Program-made: the position numbers and the translations under genes
Notes under the pieces: generated by a model
Database searches by the model: none
What the model was told of the DNA's origin: nothing
Seen by the model: only the letters and a program-made list of their open reading frames with translations
Shown here: positions 26,575 through 35,700 of the stretch, piece after piece
How the letters are laid out: each line of letters starts with the position of its first letter
Numbering within the stretch: position 1 is the first letter of the stretch
Assembly: GCA_021203465.1 (NCBI GenBank)
Contig: JAJQBC010000005.1
Span: forward strand, 7,866-71,865
Direction: 5' to 3'
Length of the DNA stretch: 64,000 bases
Source of the DNA: Lachnospiraceae bacterium
Lineage (GTDB): Bacteria > Bacillota > Clostridia > Lachnospirales > Lachnospiraceae

Positions 26575-27402
26575 TTAAAACGGGATCGGAAGCCAGCTGT
26601 AGAGCAGTCTTCCGCATACAATCATGACCGCGAGGTATCCCCAGATCACCGCGTAGGCCACACGGTCCTGACTGCTGTAATGCAGCGGCTTCATCTTCGT
26701 GCGCCCCTCGCCGCCGTGGTAGCAGCGCGCCTCCATCGCCATCGCCAAGTCGTTGGCACGACGGAAAGCCGAGATAAAGAGCGGTACGAGCAGTGGCACC
26801 ATCGCCTTCGCCTTCTTGATCAGGCCGCCGCTCTCGAAATCGGCTCCTCTGGCAATCTGCGCCTTCATGATCTTGTCCGTCTCCTCGAGCAGGATCGGGA
26901 TGAAGCGCAGCGCAATCGACATCATCATCGCAATCTCATGAACCGGCACATGCAGTACCTTCAAAGGCGCCAAAAGCTTCTCCAATCCATCCGTCAGGTC
27001 GTTCGGCGTCGTCGTCAGCGTCATGAGTGAGGAACCGATGATCAGGTAGACCAGACGAATCGCCATGAAAATCGCGGTCTTAAGGCCGCTGTCCGTGATC
27101 CGCAGGAAACCGAAGCGCCAGAGCACCACGTCCCCGTCGATCAGAAATAGATTGAAAACCACCGTCACCATCAGAAGCATCATGATCGCCTTCAGGCCCT
27201 TGGTCATAAAGCGGAAAGGCACGGTCGAAAGACGAATCATGGCAGCCAAAAAAATCGTCGCAACGACATAGCCGACAATCCCCTTCGCCACAAAGAGCGA
27301 GACAATATAGAGCATCGTCGCGACAAGCTTCACGCGCGGGTCAAGCCGATGAATCACCGACTTTGCCGGATAATATTGTCCCAATGTAATGTCCCGAATC
27401 AT
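26575..27402 (-). CDS. ecfT: ECF transporter transmembrane (T) component
   Basis: CbiQ-like protein of 275 aa containing the ARGADFESG motif. Confidence 0.9.
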   Translation of the reverse strand: MIRDITLGQYYPAKSVIHRLDPRVKLVATMLYIVSLFVAKGIVGYVVATIFLAAMIRLSTVPFRFMTKGLKAIMMLLMVTVVFNLFLIDGDVVLWRFGFLRITDSGLKTAIFMAIRLVYLIIGSSLMTLTTTPNDLTDGLEKLLAPLKVLHVPVHEIAMMMSIALRFIPILLEETDKIMKAQIARGADFESGGLIKKAKAMVPLLVPLFISAFRRANDLAMAMEARCYHGGEGRTKMKPLHYSSQDRVAYAVIWGYLAVMIVCGRLLYSWLPIPF

Positions 27403-27412
27403 AGTCTCTCCC

Positions 27413-28261
27413 TCAACCCTTCAGCCAACGCTCGATGGAATCCGCCGCCTCGCGCACCGTCGTCGCGTCCGTATCCACATCCGCGCCCTTCTCGCGCAGC
27501 TCCTGCATCAGATAAGTGACCTGCGGAGCGGCAAGGCCGATCTCCTCCAGCTCGCGCCAGTGCCGGAACACCTCCTTCGGCGTCCCGTCAAAACGAACTG
27601 AGCCCTGATTCATGACGACGATGCGGTCCACATAGCGCGCGACGTCCTCCATGCTGTGCGAGACAAGCACAACCGTGATCCCGCGTTCTTTCTGCAAATA
27701 ACTGATCTGATCCAGAATCTCGTCACGCCCCCGCGGATCAAGCCCCGCAGTCGGCTCATCGAGGATCAGCACACGCGGCTCCATCGCCAGTACGCCCGCG
27801 ATCGCCACGCGGCGCTTCTGGCCGCCCGACAATTCGAAAGGAGATGCTTTCTCATACTCCTCCCCCATGCCGACCATGCGCAGCGCCTCCCGCGCCTTCT
27901 TTTCGGCCTCCTCCTGCGAGAAGCCCAGATTCTTTGGGCCAAAACAGACATCGGAGAGCACGTCTATTTCAAAAAGCTGATGTTCCGGATACTGGAAGAC
28001 CAGCCCGACCTTGCTGCGCAGCTCGCGCATCTTGAAATCCTCGGCATAGATATCCTGTCCGTCGAAATAAATCTTTCCCTCCGTGGCGCGGATCAGACCA
28101 TTCAGATGCTGCACAAGGGTGGACTTGCCGGAACCGGTATGGCCGATCAGGCCAACGAACTGGCCGTCCGGAATCTCCATACTGACATCCTTCAGCGCAT
28201 GGATCTCGTAGGCCGTGCCGCTTGAATATACATAATTCAGATGTTCGACTTTAATCGCCAT
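27413..28261 (-). CDS. ecfA2: ECF transporter ATPase A2
   Basis: Walker [10 protein letters not shown], signature [13 protein letters not shown], Walker [12 protein letters not shown]. The start is ATG 28261 ([12 protein letters not shown]). Confidence 0.9.
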   Translation of the reverse strand: MAIKVEHLNYVYSSGTAYEIHALKDVSMEIPDGQFVGLIGHTGSGKSTLVQHLNGLIRATEGKIYFDGQDIYAEDFKMRELRSKVGLVFQYPEHQLFEIDVLSDVCFGPKNLGFSQEEAEKKAREALRMVGMGEEYEKASPFELSGGQKRRVAIAGVLAMEPRVLILDEPTAGLDPRGRDEILDQISYLQKERGITVVLVSHSMEDVARYVDRIVVMNQGSVRFDGTPKEVFRHWRELEEIGLAAPQVTYLMQELREKGADVDTDATTVREAADSIERWLKG

Positions 28262-29091
28262 AATTCTTCCACCAGTTCTTCGTTGCTCAAGATCCCGTCG
28301 CGCAGCGGAAATCCCCTTTTCTTTAGTTCCCATGCCAGCAGCGTCGCCTGCGGCACGTCGAGGCGCAGCTTTTTCAGCTCCTCCACGCGGGAGAAAACCT
28401 CGCGCGGACTGCCCTGCATTACAACCTTCCCGGCATCCATGACAAAAATGCGGTCGGCCTCGATGACCTCTTCCATATAATGGGTAATCAGGATGACGGT
28501 GATGCCATCCTCGCGGTTCAGCTTCTGCACCGTGCGGATCACGCTCTTCCGCCCGTGCGGGTCGAGCATCGCCGTCGGCTCATCCAGCACGATACAGCGC
28601 GGATGCATGGCCATGACGCCCGCGATCGCGACGCGCTGCTTCTGCCCGCCGGAAAGCTTGTTCGGCGAGTGCGTGCGGTATTTCAGCATACCGACCGCGC
28701 TGAGACTCTCCTCGACGCGCTTCCAGATCTCATCTGTCGGGACGCCGAGATTCTCCGGCCCAAATCCCACATCCTCCTCCACGATCGTCCCGATGATCTG
28801 ATTGTCCGGATTCTGGAAGACCATACCCGCATCCTGACGGATATCCCACAGATGCGACTCGTCCTTCGTGTCCATGCCGTCCACCCAGAGCGTTCCCTCC
28901 GTCGGGAGCAGGATTGCGTTGATATGTTTCGCCAGCATAGACTTGCCGGAGCCATTGTGCCCCAAAATCGCGATAAACTCGCCCGCCTTCACCTCAAGAC
29001 TCACGTGGTCGACCGCGCGCTTTCTGCCGTCGACATTGCCCTCTTCATCTATATTCTCATAATCAAATGTGACTTCTTCTGCACGGATCAT
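28237..29091 (-). CDS. ecfA1: ECF transporter ATPase A1
   Basis: Walker [10 protein letters not shown], signature [13 protein letters not shown], Walker [12 protein letters not shown]. Confidence 0.9.
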   Translation of the reverse strand: MIRAEEVTFDYENIDEEGNVDGRKRAVDHVSLEVKAGEFIAILGHNGSGKSMLAKHINAILLPTEGTLWVDGMDTKDESHLWDIRQDAGMVFQNPDNQIIGTIVEEDVGFGPENLGVPTDEIWKRVEESLSAVGMLKYRTHSPNKLSGGQKQRVAIAGVMAMHPRCIVLDEPTAMLDPHGRKSVIRTVQKLNREDGITVILITHYMEEVIEADRIFVMDAGKVVMQGSPREVFSRVEELKKLRLDVPQATLLAWELKKRGFPLRDGILSNEELVEELWRLKSNI

Positions 29092-29168
29092 CGCAGACCT
29101 CCGGTTTTTCCTGACGCTGCCGCGTCGCCTATTAAGTATACCACGAGAGTGGGAAATTTCAAGGAAAA

Positions 29169-29483
29169 TCAGAGGTAATCGAAAATTCCCTGTACCGCGT
29201 CCGCAATGTTCATCCGCTCAGCCGTCGAAATCTTGCCTGTCCTCTTATATCCTCGCATCCGAAGGTCGAGCAGCTTCAGCTTTTCACAGCATACATAGCC
29301 CTCCGTCCCATCCGCGGAAATAAAAATGTGCAGCGGGCTTTCACTCGTTTCCTTCAGAACCGGACAGCCGATGATTTCCCCGGACTCATTAAAAAAATCC
29401 TTGCTCACTACGAGCACGGGAAAGCCGATCTTTTCGACCTTCAGAATATCTCCCTGCGCCGCGTTCATCATCCGCATCACCAC
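29169..29483 (-). CDS. mazF: MazF/PemK-family toxin
   Basis: 104 aa with GDILKV...PVLVVS...IIGCPV... The gene overlaps the upstream antitoxin gene by 7 nt. Confidence 0.7.
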   Translation of the reverse strand: MVMRMMNAAQGDILKVEKIGFPVLVVSKDFFNESGEIIGCPVLKETSESPLHIFISADGTEGYVCCEKLKLLDLRMRGYKRTGKISTAERMNIADAVQGIFDYL

Positions 29484-29719
29484 AGCTCCCTGCCGGCGGC
29501 CTCGCCCCAGTCGATCTCGCCGTCCAGGTTCAGCTTGCCGTCGAATTCCTGTGCCCGCTCTTCCAGTGTCCTGTGTTTAAATTCTTTCTCCAATATAATC
29601 ATCCCCTCCGAAGCTTTTACTTCCAGAATCTCATCCGGAAAAATATTTGCTTTTCTGAGCACCTCCTTAGGCAGCCTCACTCCCTGGCTGTTTCCCCAGG
29701 CTTTTACCTGTGTCTGCAT
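29477..29719 (-). CDS. mazE: MazE/AbrB (SpoVT)-family antitoxin
   Basis: [26 protein letters not shown] is a swapped-hairpin AbrB-type motif. The start is ATG 29719. Confidence 0.75.
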   Translation of the reverse strand: MQTQVKAWGNSQGVRLPKEVLRKANIFPDEILEVKASEGMIILEKEFKHRTLEERAQEFDGKLNLDGEIDWGEAAGRELW

Positions 29720-29937
29720 TGCCCCACCTCCTTGTATATACCGAGTATATACTACGGATGGAGGAAACGCAAGTCCTGAATTCCCCATTTGCATACACCT
29801 CATCACATCTTTCAGTCTCCACATATAAACGGGCACGTCCGCCGACGCGGACATTGCGAAATATAATACTGGTCATTACGGCCAAAACTTGTTACAATAG
29901 CTTAGAAATCATATCAGTAGAAAAGGAGCGTATTTCC

Positions 29938-30459
29938 ATGGCACAGAATCCAATTGTCACTTTTGAGATGGAAGACGACGGCGTCATCAAAGCGGAGCTT
30001 TATCCCGAGATCGCGCCGAATACCGTCAACAATTTCCTGAGTCTCGTAAACAAGGGTTTCTACAATGGCCTTATCTTTCACCGCGTGATCGAGGGCTTCA
30101 TGATTCAGGGCGGCTGCCCGCAGGGTACCGGCACCGGCGGCCCGGGCTACTCGATCAAGGGTGAGTTCTCCCAGAACCGCTTTCAGAACGACCTGAAGCA
30201 CACCGAGGGCGTCCTCTCTATGGCGCGCGCGATGGCGCCGGACAGCGCCGGGAGCCAGTTTTTCATCATGCACAAAACCTCGCCCCATCTGGACGGCGCT
30301 TACGCCGCCTTTGGCAAGGTGATCGAGGGTATGGATGTCGTGAACCGTATCGCGGAGGTCGACACCGACTACCGCGACAAGCCGATCGTGCCTCAAATTA
30401 TGAAGAAGGTCACGGCGGAGACCTTCGGCGTCGACTATCCGGAGCCGGAGAAAAAGTAA
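29938..30459 (+). CDS. ppiB: cyclophilin-type peptidyl-prolyl isomerase
   Basis: [40 protein letters not shown] and SQFFIM. The ATG at 29938 follows AAAGGAG. Confidence 0.93.
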   Translation: MAQNPIVTFEMEDDGVIKAELYPEIAPNTVNNFLSLVNKGFYNGLIFHRVIEGFMIQGGCPQGTGTGGPGYSIKGEFSQNRFQNDLKHTEGVLSMARAMAPDSAGSQFFIMHKTSPHLDGAYAAFGKVIEGMDVVNRIAEVDTDYRDKPIVPQIMKKVTAETFGVDYPEPEKK

Positions 30460-30468
30460 TCCATATTT

Positions 30469-31308
30469 TCAACGGAGCTTTTCCGGCAGCAGCGGTTCCC
30501 CGGCCATACGGGCGAGGGCCGCTGTTTCCTCTATCTCTTCTGCCTCCGTCGCGTCTCCCAGCAGCTTCCCGATGACCACCATCCGGTTCGTGCCGCTGCC
30601 CGCCAGCTCGAGCGAGCAGCTCGACAGCGTGATGAGCGAATCGCCCCAGCCCACCTCCACGGGAACGTCCAGCCAATTTCTTCTCTCCACCTCATCCAGA
30701 AATCCTTTCAACTCCTCTTCATCCGCGAAGGCCGTATAATCCGAGTAGCGAAAGGGTTCCGCGTCCGCGTTATCCACCAGAAAATAGGCGAAAATGATCC
30801 ATCGCCGCGTTCCAAAAGCGGAAACCGTCTCCATGTATGGATGTGCCTTATAGTAGTCCAGATCCTCATAATATGCCAGATCGCAGAAGACGTCGCGTGT
30901 GTTTCGGTAAATATTGTGTCCGTAGATCACGCGGTTTCCCCCGTCGGGCTCCATCCGGCTTTCCTTCGACAGGAAAGGAACCCCGTGACTGTTGTAATTT
31001 CCGTCGAGATCCCGATAGAGATAATAGTCCTCGTCCTCCGGCGTCTGCACGACCGGGTGATTCAGAACACTCCCCGGTATGCGGATCAGCCCCTGCACAT
31101 CCGCATTGTAGTCCTGATAGGCTTCCAGCAGCGCGCTGTCCGCGTCGTCGTCCTCCTCTCCAACTCCGGCCTCTTGCACCGGCGTCTCCACAGTTTTGAC
31201 ATATGGGCGGACGGCGCCGCGTGTCCGCCCGCCGCCTCTCAGCAACAGACAGGCACTGGCAAGAAGCAATGCCGCAGCGGCCAGATATCTCCATTCACGC
31301 GCCGCCAT
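30469..31308 (-). CDS. srtB: class B sortase
   Basis: N-terminal TM segment, VIYGHNI (His motif), ITLSSCS (TLxTC-like catalytic Cys), NRMVVIG (Arg). The start is ATG 31308 (MAAREW), overlapping the upstream gene by 14 nt. Confidence 0.8.
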   Translation of the reverse strand: MAAREWRYLAAAALLLASACLLLRGGGRTRGAVRPYVKTVETPVQEAGVGEEDDDADSALLEAYQDYNADVQGLIRIPGSVLNHPVVQTPEDEDYYLYRDLDGNYNSHGVPFLSKESRMEPDGGNRVIYGHNIYRNTRDVFCDLAYYEDLDYYKAHPYMETVSAFGTRRWIIFAYFLVDNADAEPFRYSDYTAFADEEELKGFLDEVERRNWLDVPVEVGWGDSLITLSSCSLELAGSGTNRMVVIGKLLGDATEAEEIEETAALARMAGEPLLPEKLR

Positions 31309-31921
31309 GCAGGTACTCCACTGTCTTATCATAAAGCATTTCCATTGCGATACTATCCCGCTCGCACTCATTTTCGAAGCGCTCGGCATCCTCCTCGTAG
31401 CCATAGTGTCCGGCATAATCCTGTAGCTTTTTCCGATACTCCTGCACGCTAACCGTGATCTGCTCCGCCTGAGCCACCTCATAGACTGCCAGTCTGGTTT
31501 TCAGAAAATTTACACAGATCTCGCGGTACTCCTGCTCATAGCTCGCGGCACTGTCATAGCCACAGGTCTCTGTCAGATATTCCTCGCAGCTGCAGCCGCT
31601 GGCCTCCGCCAGCAGCTCCATATTCAGCATCTGTTCCTCCAGCCTCCGCTGGATTCCGTCCTCATCCAAGCAAAAAACGCTGTTTTCCACCAGCCAGACA
31701 ACCGGATCCTCATCCTCCGGTATAAGGCTCCAGTCCGCGAGCGCCTCCACGCTGCTCTCCCCGTACCCTTGGCACAGAGACTCCACCGCGCTTCGGCCTG
31801 TCGCGCTACCCTGCCCGTTCCCGGCTGTGTGATAGGGCGACCGCATATAATGCCCGGCGCCCGCGAGGGTGGCGGCCAGCGCCGCCATCCCCGCGATCAA
31901 TAATACTCTTTTCCTTCTCAT
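31295..31921 (-). CDS. secreted or membrane-tethered protein of unknown function, possibly a chaperone-like helper
   Basis: 208 aa with a signal/TM segment (VLLIAGMAALAATLAGAG), then an acidic helical domain loosely resembling the N-domain of PrsA/SurA-type foldases (VSVQEYRKKLQDYAGHYGY). It is translationally coupled on both sides. Confidence 0.4.
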   Translation of the reverse strand: MRRKRVLLIAGMAALAATLAGAGHYMRSPYHTAGNGQGSATGRSAVESLCQGYGESSVEALADWSLIPEDEDPVVWLVENSVFCLDEDGIQRRLEEQMLNMELLAEASGCSCEEYLTETCGYDSAASYEQEYREICVNFLKTRLAVYEVAQAEQITVSVQEYRKKLQDYAGHYGYEEDAERFENECERDSIAMEMLYDKTVEYLHGGA

Positions 31922-32742
31922 TTTCTCTTTTTCTTTCCTCCCAGAAAATATAAATACAGCCCGGACGCCATGATGACAATCGCCGCGCCTGTGGTGACCA
32001 GAATACCCTGTGCCAACTCGTCGGTCTCCAGTTTCAGATGTATCGAATAGCCGTCCTCCCCGTTATCCTCCGTCCGAACATTGTTCCACACCGCGACAAG
32101 CTCTGCCACAGTCTCCGGTTCCGAAGAAGAACTGCCCGGCGTCTTCGGCCATGGCACGGGAATCATCGGTTCCGTGGGCGTTGGCTCAGGCTCCGGTTCC
32201 GTGCCTGCCGCGTCCAGCATCTGAACGCGCTGTACCTCGCCGCAGTCCTCAAGCGTGAAAACCACGTTCTCCGCTGTGAGATATCCCTCCGGAGCCGCTG
32301 TTTCGATCAGCACATAACTTCCAATCGGCAAATATGTAAAGAAATGCGCTTTGAGCTTCCCCTCATCGTCATAGCCGTCTTCTCCACTGACCCAGCTTTC
32401 GATCAGTTTCAGGGCATTCCCATTCTCATCCGCGCTCCACAGTTCGAGACTGGCTCCTGCCAGCTCTTCCCCGGTCGTGATGTCGGCCTTGGAAATCTCC
32501 AGCTTTGTATAATCGTCATACATATATAGCTGAATATCCTCCAGCCGTTCCCAGCTCTCTCCGTTTTTCACCTGAACTTCATAGCCATAGAGCTCGCCAT
32601 CGTCGTCCATCCACTCCCCCTCTTCATCGCAGAGCTGGAACAGGCGAAATTCAATATCTTCCGCGCTCACGTAACCGGGCGCAGGAATTTTCTCCCGGAA
32701 AATATAGATGTTCTCCTGCGTCGCCTGGCTGTCAAGCCGTGG
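31918..32742 (-). CDS. C-terminal anchor module of the giant adhesin, in frame with 32743-41109 across one TGA
   Basis: The ORF track gives 31918-32670, but the frame is open from the codon right after the TGA at 32743-32745. It encodes a CnaB-like domain (YVLIETAAPEGY), a Pro/Thr/Glu linker, then LVTTG, a 17-residue hydrophobic stretch and KKKRK. Confidence 0.6.
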   Translation of the reverse strand, partial: PRLDSQATQENIYIFREKIPAPGYVSAEDIEFRLFQLCDEEGEWMDDDGELYGYEVQVKNGESWERLEDIQLYMYDDYTKLEISKADITTGEELAGASLELWSADENGNALKLIESWVSGEDGYDDEGKLKAHFFTYLPIGSYVLIETAAPEGYLTAENVVFTLEDCGEVQRVQMLDAAGTEPEPEPTPTEPMIPVPWPKTPGSSSSEPETVAELVAVWNNVRTEDNGEDGYSIHLKLETDELAQGILVTTGAAIVIMASGLYLYFLGGKKKRK

Positions 32743-35700
32743 TCATTCGCTGTTGCTGAGCCACAACCCCTCAACCGTATGCGCCTCCTCAGTGGACACC
32801 CAGGTGTCGACCAGCGCCAGATTGTCCTGCGCATGGCTGATCTGCCCGTCCTTATCCAGCAGGCTGCTGTCCAGAATTCTATATACAGAAATCGTCGCTC
32901 CGGACACTTCCTCCTCGCCGGTCAGATCCATTTTGGTCAATGTCACCGCGGTCGGCTCATTCTCATGCTCCGCATAGACCGGAATATACAGGGTATATTC
33001 ATCCTCATAGGCAAAACTGACCGGATAAACTGTATCATCCATCAGATAGCCGTCCGGCGGCGTCAGCTCCTGAATGTAGTAATTCCCGGTGTTCAGCGCC
33101 GTATTGCCGTCGATCGAGCGCTCCACCGTATCGCCGCTGACTGAAGCCTGATAGATCAGCTCCGCCTCCGCTGCGTCTTCATCCTGATATTTGCTCATCA
33201 GCGCGATGTTCACCGCAAAATTCGCAAATCCGTCCGCGTCGGTCGTCGCACAGGCGAGCAGTGCGCCCGCTTCCACCAGCAGCTCCCCATCCACATTGTA
33301 GATATCGTCAGCCGTGTAGAGACCGAATCTTGCGCCGAGGAGCAACGCGCCGCTGCCCGCGTCGGCCTTATAAACGCCGACTCCCAGTTTCCGCTGCTCT
33401 TCCTCCGACGTGCTCCAGGGCTTTATACGCTGGTTGTAAAAATTTAAAAAGTCCTCCTGTGCGTCGAACACGACTTCCGTGGTCTGGTCAACGTAGGTCA
33501 ATTCCACCGTCTGCGTCTGCGCACTCAGAAGAAAACCATAGGGCGCAGCGATCTCACGAACCTCATAGCTCCCAAGCGGCAGATACACGGACACTGTCCC
33601 GAGCGTTCCGTCGTTCTCCACACGGACAATGGGCTCCGCTGTCGCGTAGTGGAGCGTATATTCCAGTGTCAGTTCATAGACCTGATAGCTCGTCTGGATC
33701 CCGGCCACCGTGACTGTGACGCTCGCGCCATCGGCAGCGAGCTCCACCGTATTCCCGCCGGTCGTGCGGAAAATCTGGGAGGCCGCGTCCCACAATAACG
33801 TCCATGTCTCGTTTTTGACCGTCAGTGTTCCGCCCTGCAGGCTCAGCTCCGCCTGTACATAGCGATTATCGCTGATCTCCTCGCAGCGGGTTTCCGTCAC
33901 GCTCCAGCCGGATGAAGTCCTCACCACCAGCGCGCCGGACGAGGTCTCATAGAGGCCGCTCTCCATCGTGACGATCGGATTTCCGGTCTCATCATACAGA
34001 ATAAAGCTCCCGTCTCCCTGCTCCACGATCGCGGCGCTTCTGTAACTCATCACACGGGTATAACCGAGATCCACCGCAGCATCCGTCTGCGCTCCGCCAG
34101 ACACACCGGGCTGCACCTCCGTCGTGTGGCTGATACGGTATCCGGATTCGGTGCATTCTACAAGATCCCCCTGCGCCCAGCCGTCCACATGGCTCTCCGT
34201 CACCTGATAAACATCAGTACAGGGCTCCAGTGTGATCCCGCTTCCGTCCGCCAGCGTCAGAACCGTGTCCTCCCCATTCTGCGTCAGATACGCGCCACTG
34301 TAAAGCTGCTGCGATGTCCAGGTGAGCCGATAGCCCTCCGCGGTCTCCGTCAGGATGCCTGCCTCCGAAGAGGCAAGCCCACTTTCCGCATCAAGCCGGG
34401 TCACATAGTCCGTCACGACCGGCTCCTCTGAGGCTCCCTCGCGATAATAGTGGCGCAGAATCTGCTGCGTCTGTTCCTTATAATAGGTATTTGGATACAC
34501 CGTCTCATCCGTGTAGGCCGGAATCCCATACAAAGCCTGATCAAGCTCGCTCATTCGCCCGGCGATCCAGTAATTCGCAACACCGCCGCTGCTTGAAAAC
34601 TGCTCCCCGCTGTATTCTTTCGAGCTGGTGAACGACGTACCGGAACCGTAATAATACGTGTAGTCATAGCTTCCGCCGCCCGTGTTCTCCGCGGTACGGT
34701 AATTGGGCTCAAAAGAGACATACTCCCCCTCCTCACCGGTCGTCACTGTTGCGACCACGTCGCCCTCGCGGAACCACCAGCCGCTGCCGTCCTGCGTCGG
34801 GATATCCTCTGCCGCGGTGATCTCATAGACCGCGTCCGCCAACGGGCGCTCCTCATAGACGAAGTCTGATTCGTCCTCATCGTAGTCGGTCAGCACCTCG
34901 CCCGTCTTCAGAATACTCAGCTTTCCAAGCACCTCGTCGTCATACATCGTCTCGCCGATATAGAGATAGTCCAGATTTCCCGAGGAGACGATGCCGGATG
35001 CTTGATAGCGTCGATCTGTCGTCACCTCAAAGTCCACCGTTCCATACCCGGAATCCAGATACAGATTATAGTAGCCATCCGGCGCGTTCAGCTCTTCCAG
35101 ACGGTAAGTACCGGCCTCCAGCGAGGCCACCGCATTCAGGCGTCCGCTCTCGTCGGTCGAAAACACGCGCTGCGCAATCATCGTGAGTTCCCCGTCCGGT
35201 CCGGAAAGGTATTTGGATACATACTGATTGTTCTGATAATCCCAGATACGAAAAGAGATGCCGGACTGCGTGACCGTCTGCCCCGACTGCGCGTCGCGCT
35301 TGACGAGAATGAGCGAGGCCACGATGCTCGCATCGGTCTGCGCCACAGATTTCGCCCGATTCTCGCTCGTCGAAGAATCAGAAACCGTCACAAACAGCGG
35401 ATCCACGGTAAACACATCCTCAGGCGTCGTCGTCTCGACCACCAGATAAGCGCCCCACGGTAGCTCCGGCGACCTTAGGTTTCCGTAGTGATTCGTGAAG
35501 ATCTCCGACAGACGGTACTCATTTTCTACGCCGGTGGCCACCCAGCCCTCTGAAATGCCGTTCACGCCGTACCACTCGCAGGGCGAACCGCTGTTCAGAC
35601 GATTAGCCTTATATGTATAGTCCGCGTTGATCGCGGCTACCATGGTTTCATCGTCCTCGTACATCCGCGCGACCGCCTGCTCCTCCCCGGAAAAATCCCA

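Noticed and set aside
32743-32745. Selenocysteine or an alternative genetic code (TGA as a sense codon) as the explanation for the in-frame TGA in the adhesin
   Set aside because: TGA is used as a normal stop by several well-defined genes here, including polC, the wzy-like gene and the major pilin gene. No sel genes are in the window. The downstream hairpin does not sit at the position, or have the look, of a bacterial SECIS as I remember it. A selenoprotein adhesin is also implausible.
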